A DNA stretch of 64,000 nucleotides from contig JAAPAO010000074.1 of assembly GCA_013115145.1 (NCBI GenBank), positions 25,880 to 89,879 of the forward strand. The letters run 5' to 3'. The notes beneath the pieces were generated by a model. It was not told where the DNA came from. It ran no database searches and saw nothing but the letters and a program-made list of their open reading frames with translations. The position numbers and the translations under genes are program-made. Positions 57,542 through 64,000 of the stretch are shown here, piece by piece. Position 1 is the first letter of the stretch, and each line of letters starts with the position of its first letter. This DNA comes from Perkinsus chesapeaki ATCC PRA-425 (lineage: Eukaryota > Protista > Perkinsozoa).

Positions 57542-59974
57542 CTACCTGCACCATAACCTACGATTCTGCATAATGACGCTCGACCTTGGCACCATTAGAC
57601 CTTCGCAAGCAGTATCGTGAATGGAGGGAGTTACCATATCCGGGAAACCGTCAGTCACCATCTGATTTGATAGGAAAACACTGTCCAAACACCAGTCAGC
57701 TGTGATTACTTTAACAGCAAAGCTGGCTCTCTTTTTCATGGCGTTCTTGCTTCCGTTGGATTCAGTGAAGCTTGAAGCTTCGGGAGGCTCACCGGGAAGG
57801 TTAAGAGTTGAAACTTCTTCGGTGTCCTTGATACTGCCACTTCTATTGGGTCCCTCATAAGACTCTGCACTGTTGCTATTGGGATCATGCTCCTCGGTGA
57901 TAGTCATGGTTGAATTGAACTTAGCCAATTTATTGATTTGAGTGATCTGTGCCACCGACACCCTTCGACCACGCTTCATGGCCATCTGCATAGCTTCTTC
58001 ATTCATCTCATCACATAGCTCGCTGCTTTCGGCACCAAACGATTTAAGACTCTTCATGTGAGTTAGAACAGATCGTCGTCTTTCAAGATTACTTCTCGCT
58101 CCATATAACGCAGCATTATCTTCTGTACCCTGTTGAAGTAGTAGTAGAAGCTATTCGTTGAACATAAGGATAACCTTACACTTTGCATGTCCGCGTTAAT
58201 AGATTCTACTTGACTATCATATTCTTGATGTTGCCTCTGTATTGTTTGACTATCGTGTCCCTCACTAGCATTTACTGAACCATCGGGGGCAATGCTACTG
58301 CAACTATTGGCAGCCGAAGCCTGGCTGGTTATCTCTGGTGGCCCATCACCGCTTGTTGGTACTATTGATGAGCCTGAATTAGATTCCTCCTAGTAGACAA
58401 AGTTCTTTCGTTGTGTCTTACGCTCATATATATCAAATATGTATGATTTTGCCGCTGAGTCACTAGGAGGCACCTCAAACTGCTTAGTACAAAAAGGATG
58501 CTCGAGGCACTCCAGAACTGATGCGCGTTTCAGCGTCCGCTTGATAAGCATCCTAGGGGTAAGAAAGAGATAAGTTGAGCTTCGAAGGCAAGCTGGTGTT
58601 ATACTTATTCTGTAGAAGATCGTAAAGATCCTCATCAACGTATTTGAGCCGGTTTGGTACACTTAAGGCGATAGTAGGGTTGGATAGCCAATTGAAGAAA
58701 GCAAGAGTATCTCCAGTTCTCTCGTATAATGCCATATACTTTGTCTAATAAATGAATAAATGGATCAACAACACTAACGAGTTAGTAAGGGTCACTTCTA
58801 GAGCTGGTCGCGCAAGGACTAGGTCCAAGGCTGTCATACCAACTGACCATACATCCATCATTCGTGATATTCTTAGCCTTTCACTTCCATCGATAAGGGC
58901 CTAATAATAGCCTCTTAATGCCTCTGATGGACCTTTACCCTTGCGAATTCGGGGGCACAGTAAAGAGGTGTGAAAGATACAGTATTATCATCCAAGTCAA
59001 TCGTTGTGGATGCTGGTACCTAATAGTAAAGAACGTTGCCTATACACAACTCATTATATCTCGTTATAGACTTACAGCTCCGTCAACATCAATAAGCTTC
59101 CAGTCATCCCCTACTCTCATAATATTTTCCGGTTTGATGTCAAGGTGTACTAATTCCTTTGCATGTAGTATTGCTGTTATAGATATTAGTGATCTCACCT
59201 AATACCAACATCCCACAAACGAGGTGCGTAAACCACTTAGCAAGTCACTTCAAAGAAACGCTTTATCAAGGCCTACGTACCACATGATGAACTTCCCACA
59301 TCTCCATAGGATCGTTAGCTTTACGTCTGTCTTTTAAATAATCTTCTAGTGTGTATGAAGCCAGTTCCAAAACAACATAGCATTTCCCATCTTTTGCTGG
59401 AGCGGGTTTTCCGGTAGCATCTTTACTGTAGTCTAGCAATTTAACCTAACGTTACTGTGTTTCTCTACCTTACTGAAATGACTGCCTTACGAAGACTTTC
59501 CCGGGATCCATTTCGGAGTGCACCAGAAGTTGTTGAGCTTGGCTCGGCCGTCCTGCGCGATTCTTTCCTGTAAAGTCTGTCATCTTGAAGCTTTGCGTTG
59601 GGGTACGATGAGCCAATTTCTTCTTCAGTGGCTCCTGTAGCTGTTTTAGTATATCAATCTGCCAGGAGCTTGTTTCCAGAATACTAACTCCATTGGTATC
59701 ACCTGCTTTACGAATTTCTCAAACACGCTGGGAGACTTCTCGAGGTAAGTCTTAATCGCAACGTGTATTTTTAATTGCTTGTCAAAGGCCTTTCTCACTA
59801 CCGAAAAAGAGCCTTGTCCAAGAAAGTCGGTCCCTTGTACAACATACCTACCGACTAGGTTGGTTTAAAGCGTGTACCTTATTATATGGCACAAAGCTAC
59901 CGATTCATTATAGTTGTTTTCCAGCCCCATTCCTTCCCAATCCACTCGAATTCACCTCTTTTAAAAGGAGACAT
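57542..59974 (-). CDS. Ser/Thr protein kinase, atypical (DVDG in place of DFG)
   Basis: GTDFLGQGSFSVVRKAFDKQLKIHVAIK, VVLELASYTLEDYL, HAKELVHLDIKPENIM, WKLIDVDGAV, FTPLYCAPEF, MDVWSVGMT and RASVLECLEHPF, followed by a Ser-rich C-terminal tail. Confidence 0.85.
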
Positions 59975-60166
59975 CACGTGAACTATACGACAAAAATATT
60001 ACTATAGATTCTTGAAAGCAGCACGGATCCAGCACGACTTTGTAGCGCAGTTTTTTTGGAAACGACGTAACCGTTTCAAGCGCGCACAGCGTGCGGTCGG
60101 CCCCGACTGAGGAGAGGCGTTTGTTACGTCTGAATTAATTATACTGTCAGATCGCGTTCAGAAAGC
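59975..60166. promoter_or_regulatory. Candidate bidirectional promoter (kinase / CCP5)
   Basis: 192 nt head-to-head spacer with gcgcgcacagcgtgcgg and a cagtttttttgg tract. Confidence 0.4.
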
Positions 60167-63100
60167 ATGTCTGAGGGTAACTGTGCTAAGATCCACGAGG
60201 CTACCGTTGCCGGCCTTACATTCTCCTCTGATTTTGACTCTGGAAATGCTTCCTGCATAGATTACAGTGCAGAGTCAAACAGGTGAGCATGCATCATTTC
60301 AGCTGTCTGATTTTATCACGTCACGATAGTTACAATATTTGGATTGCTTCCGACTGTGAGGGTACGCAGTATGAGAACCAATTCAAGACTTGGTTTCACT
60401 TTAGTGAGCACACCTACAAAATATATCAAATGTTGCTATCCTCAACGTTCAGGTGTCAAAGGGTTCACTACCGATCAAAAGGTTACTTTTTGTATAAGTA
60501 ATAAACAGCATCCCTAGTGTTCGGATCGAGGCTCACAGAGTTCAATCCTCCCATTTAGAGCGCAACACGACCTGTCGCGCTCTGTCACGTGTCATAATAC
60601 TTGGTTAATGAACCTTCAGAGAACATGGGAAGACAGCGAAGGCTTTTCAATATCCATAAACTACGACCAGTTACACGAGTTATACCTCACCATCCACAGT
60701 GGAAACGGGTTAATGGCCGGGTTAGCCTTTCACAAGAAGGTACAGCATGTTAACGGCTGTTCACCGTTTCGGACAAATTCGATCATATCAGGATCAGGAG
60801 ATGATAGGACCAATGAGCTGAAGTGGTCATATTGTTATAAGTAGGTTACTAACTTATACGTTGCTCATAGGGATCGTTAATCAGTAAAGCATCATCTTCT
60901 CTTCACAGATATCCAGTAGGATGTGTTGTATACTTTGCTATGTGCTACCCGCTTGGATATGGCGAAATGCAGCTCTACTTAGCAGAACTTGAGAGTGTTT
61001 GCTCGAGTAAGCATTACCCTACTATTAGTAGGCTACTAACATACGGTCATCATGGACATCTCACACGCCATTCACTGAAGCTTGCCAGCGATGCATCAGT
61101 TGACTCAATCAACTTGATTCTGTTATTTATAATCGCCTCTACATTGGTGGAACATACATGAACACGTGGAAAATCGAAACAAGAGTGCTGAAGCGACAGA
61201 GGCACGAAAAAGGCTTGCAATTACTTCGCCCCCTGGATCGTATGCACATCACTGCTAGCCTACTAGTGTCAGGAAAGGCTTTGTACAAGGAGTACTTCTA
61301 GAATGCGTACATGCTTTCAGAACCAACCAAGGTGAATCAGCAATTGCCTTCGCTGTCGGGCATATCACTTTTGCCGACTGATACCCATCAGCTACATCTG
61401 GGACAAGACGCACTCCTTTCTCGGGAGCTTCTTGCTCGAAGTATATGTGGACGTAAGATACTCCCTTGTTCAGAGTACCTTAATCATGGCATGCAATCGC
61501 TTAGGTAGAATTGACATCATCACTGTGTTCTCTTCTGCCAAGGGAGAACACCCGGCCAAGTGTGAACAGTCGGCCACCGCCGACCTTACAAAGCCTGTCG
61601 TCTTACTAACAGCAAGGGTTCATCCAGGGGAGACTCCCGGACAGTTCGCTTTGCTTGGAGCACTTAACTTCGTAAGGCTCAGTGCCCCATCTTTATGTAC
61701 TCTCTGTTTTATTGAGGCATTATCGGACGATCCTCGAGCAGTGGCCCTGCGGCACAACTATGATATAAAGTTCATACCAATGATAAACCCAGATGGGGTG
61801 TATATGGGCAACTATCGCACTAACAGTCAAGGTGTAAACTTGAATAGGCAAGTCAATCTAAGTCAACCTGCTCACCAAATAATCGTGACAGATGTTATCT
61901 TGAACCCGGGCCAGAGCACGAAGCAGTGGGTATTTCGTTTTCAATAGGATATTACTCGGTGCTGTTTAGGTGGGAGCTGTAGTGAGCCTCGCCAAAGGCT
62001 ACGCCGAGAAGGGATTACTGAAGCTCTACGCCGATATGCATGGCCATGCTAATAAGACTGGATGCTTCCTGTAGGTTTTTTTCACAATCTGTGTACACAA
62101 AATGTCATAACTGTTATGGCGCAACAACAATACACGATATTACAATAGATATATTCAAGGTTCGGCAATGCTCTAAAGACGCCCTTCCACAGCGCCTGGA
62201 ATCGGGCATTTGCTCGATTAATGAACATCAATTCACCCTACTTCGATTTGGACAAATGTGTGACAAAACTCCATAAAATAGCTATGCTGGAACATGTAGG
62301 CAACTTCAGCGAAAAGAATATGTCAAGCAAGGATAAAATAATTAACCATGAAACTACTACAGAAAAGGGCTCGTTAAGTATGATAACCCTTAGACGTTAA
62401 TGAAGAGTACATATTGGAGATAGGTGACACAAAGGAAGAAGGGGAAGTCGACTCCGGGATAGACCGATCTAAAACAAAAGAAGGTTGTGGGCGTGTTGCT
62501 ATCTATAAGATAACTGGTTTAACCCATTCATATACATTAGAATGTAATTATGCTAGACCTGGCAATGTAGGAGAATGCACCCTCGCACATTAGGCGCATA
62601 GTTCATCTCAGACAAAATCTATACCTCCTCCCACTGATCCAACGGGTATGACCTCCTTATTGAATAATGGATGTTTGAGTAACAAAACTGCCCTAGCTGG
62701 TGGATTTGAACCACACCATTGGGCTCAAGTGGGCGAAGCCCTCCTCGTACTCTTATAAGTTAATTCAATCCTCAGTTGGTTGTTTCTACCTAGCAGGTTT
62801 CCGCACTTGACATTTTTCAGCATAATTGTTGGACAAGGGTAGCTAACACACCTCACAAAACGGTTAAGATAGGTGCATGATTCCCTATCATGTCTCTGGA
62901 CATCAGGTATCAAATATTCTGCGTATGATGTTGCCAAAAAGTAGCTATACTGAGAGGATGACGAAGCTGAAGGCTGAGGACGAATGTGTGTTAGTTGCCG
63001 ACAATTGCTAGTAGTTGATCACTTGAACTCAGTGGAGCCGCCCATTAAACCCCTTCCTTCAATTGAGGCTTTCGAGCAGCATACAGCTCATGGTCCTGTT

Positions 63101-63500
63101 GAATATTGCAATTGCAAGGCCGATTCACGCCGACGAACAGGGACGAAATTGGGGATGGTGTATGTATTGCTTGCATTGGCGGCGGTTATCAAAGCATCTC
63201 TGAGGGCTTAGGATAACAGCCCCTCGCTCCCGAAGCTCAACCGATCAGTCTGACTACATCCTGGCGAAAACCGAATCAAAACAACATATCCAGTCAGAAC
63301 TCCACCTTAAAAAAGCTCCGTCATCCTCGTTCTAAGGTTCAAAGTTTCCCGGAAGAAGTACCACCTTCTCCAACCACCCAGAGCGCTGCAAAAATACGCA
63401 AGCATTACCAAGATGGATGGAACGTTCGACCATACTGTGACCAACAGTACCAAACATTCGCAGACTACCATGAAGGATTCATGTTGCTTTAGGTGGAAGC
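60167..63500 (+). CDS. AGBL5: Cytosolic carboxypeptidase (M14D tubulin deglutamylase), CCP5/AGBL5-like; 3' end uncertain
   Basis: [101 protein letters not shown] and [10 protein letters not shown]|VSALD. The Zn ligands and catalytic Glu are present. Confidence 0.9.
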
Positions 63501-64000
63501 AACTAACACCCATGCGCAATACTACAAATTGTAGTCTACAATTGGAGCCCATGTAAGCCACTTGATTGTGCCTCCATCACCCAAGAGAGATGTGTTGCGT
63601 TGCGATCTTTGTCAATCTCAGAAACCAGTGGTTTCAAACCACCAGCTGAACCGCACCTGGGTCAGTTATCCTAATGTGACAAGGATGAATAGCATTCGGA
63701 ATGTTGAAGTTTATATCGCGCTCCCTCACTTGGACACCTCTATCACCTCCAGTGGTGGAATATCATACCAGATGCATACCCAGAGCAAAGATCTACGAAC
63801 GTTACTGTTTTGTGTTACCGAGTATTTACTGTTTGCTCACTTAGATTTCAAATTGATGGCCATCGTACTAACGTCATCTCGTAGCGTGTATTCAAGTTGG
63901 CCTGCGAGGTGCGTATTTTGATTAGGAAGTGCTGTTCCGTAGAACTGTAACCAACTCAAACGCGCAAAGCAATAAACCAGATACTTGTCCTTTGAGGCCT

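Noticed and set aside
62716-62730. ccattgggctcaag, similar to the 3' end of the spliced leader
   Set aside because: It lies inside a conserved CCP5 exon (HHWAQV); coincidental.
63307-63561. Minus-strand hydrophobic ORF as a separate membrane protein gene
   Set aside because: The plus strand is also open and Ser/Pro-rich here, consistent with the CCP5 tail; no independent support.
1-64000. CRISPR arrays, transposons, LTR/RT elements, rRNA, SL RNA or snoRNA genes
   Set aside because: No spaced direct repeats, terminal repeats, transposase/RT motifs, full leader sequence or convincing C/D or H/ACA structures were seen by eye. A covariance-model search (Infernal/Rfam) would be needed to exclude small ncRNAs.

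Overview
Gene-dense eukaryotic nuclear DNA with very short (about 40-50 nt) GT-AG introns and 60-330 nt intergenic spacers. Gene content and intron style suggest a Perkinsus-like or early dinoflagellate alveolate (inference). About 26 protein genes and one tRNA-Gln(CTG) were assembled by hand across introns, so most ORF-track entries are single exons or antisense shadows. Recognisable genes are RPB12, AP-3 mu, a GBF1-type ARF-GEF, ArfGAP2/3, prephenate dehydratase, a TECPR2/HPS5-like propeller, AP-4 beta, UTP20, OST48, an atypical Ser/Thr kinase and a CCP5-like tubulin deglutamylase. A twin-CX9C protein, an EF-hand/PPPDE fusion and a VxNTF-motif pseudo-receiver protein are also present. Genes lie in co-directional blocks separated by short CpG-rich divergent spacers. 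No transposon, CRISPR array or rRNA was found. Gene ends and splice sites are manual and approximate unless the evidence says they were checked.
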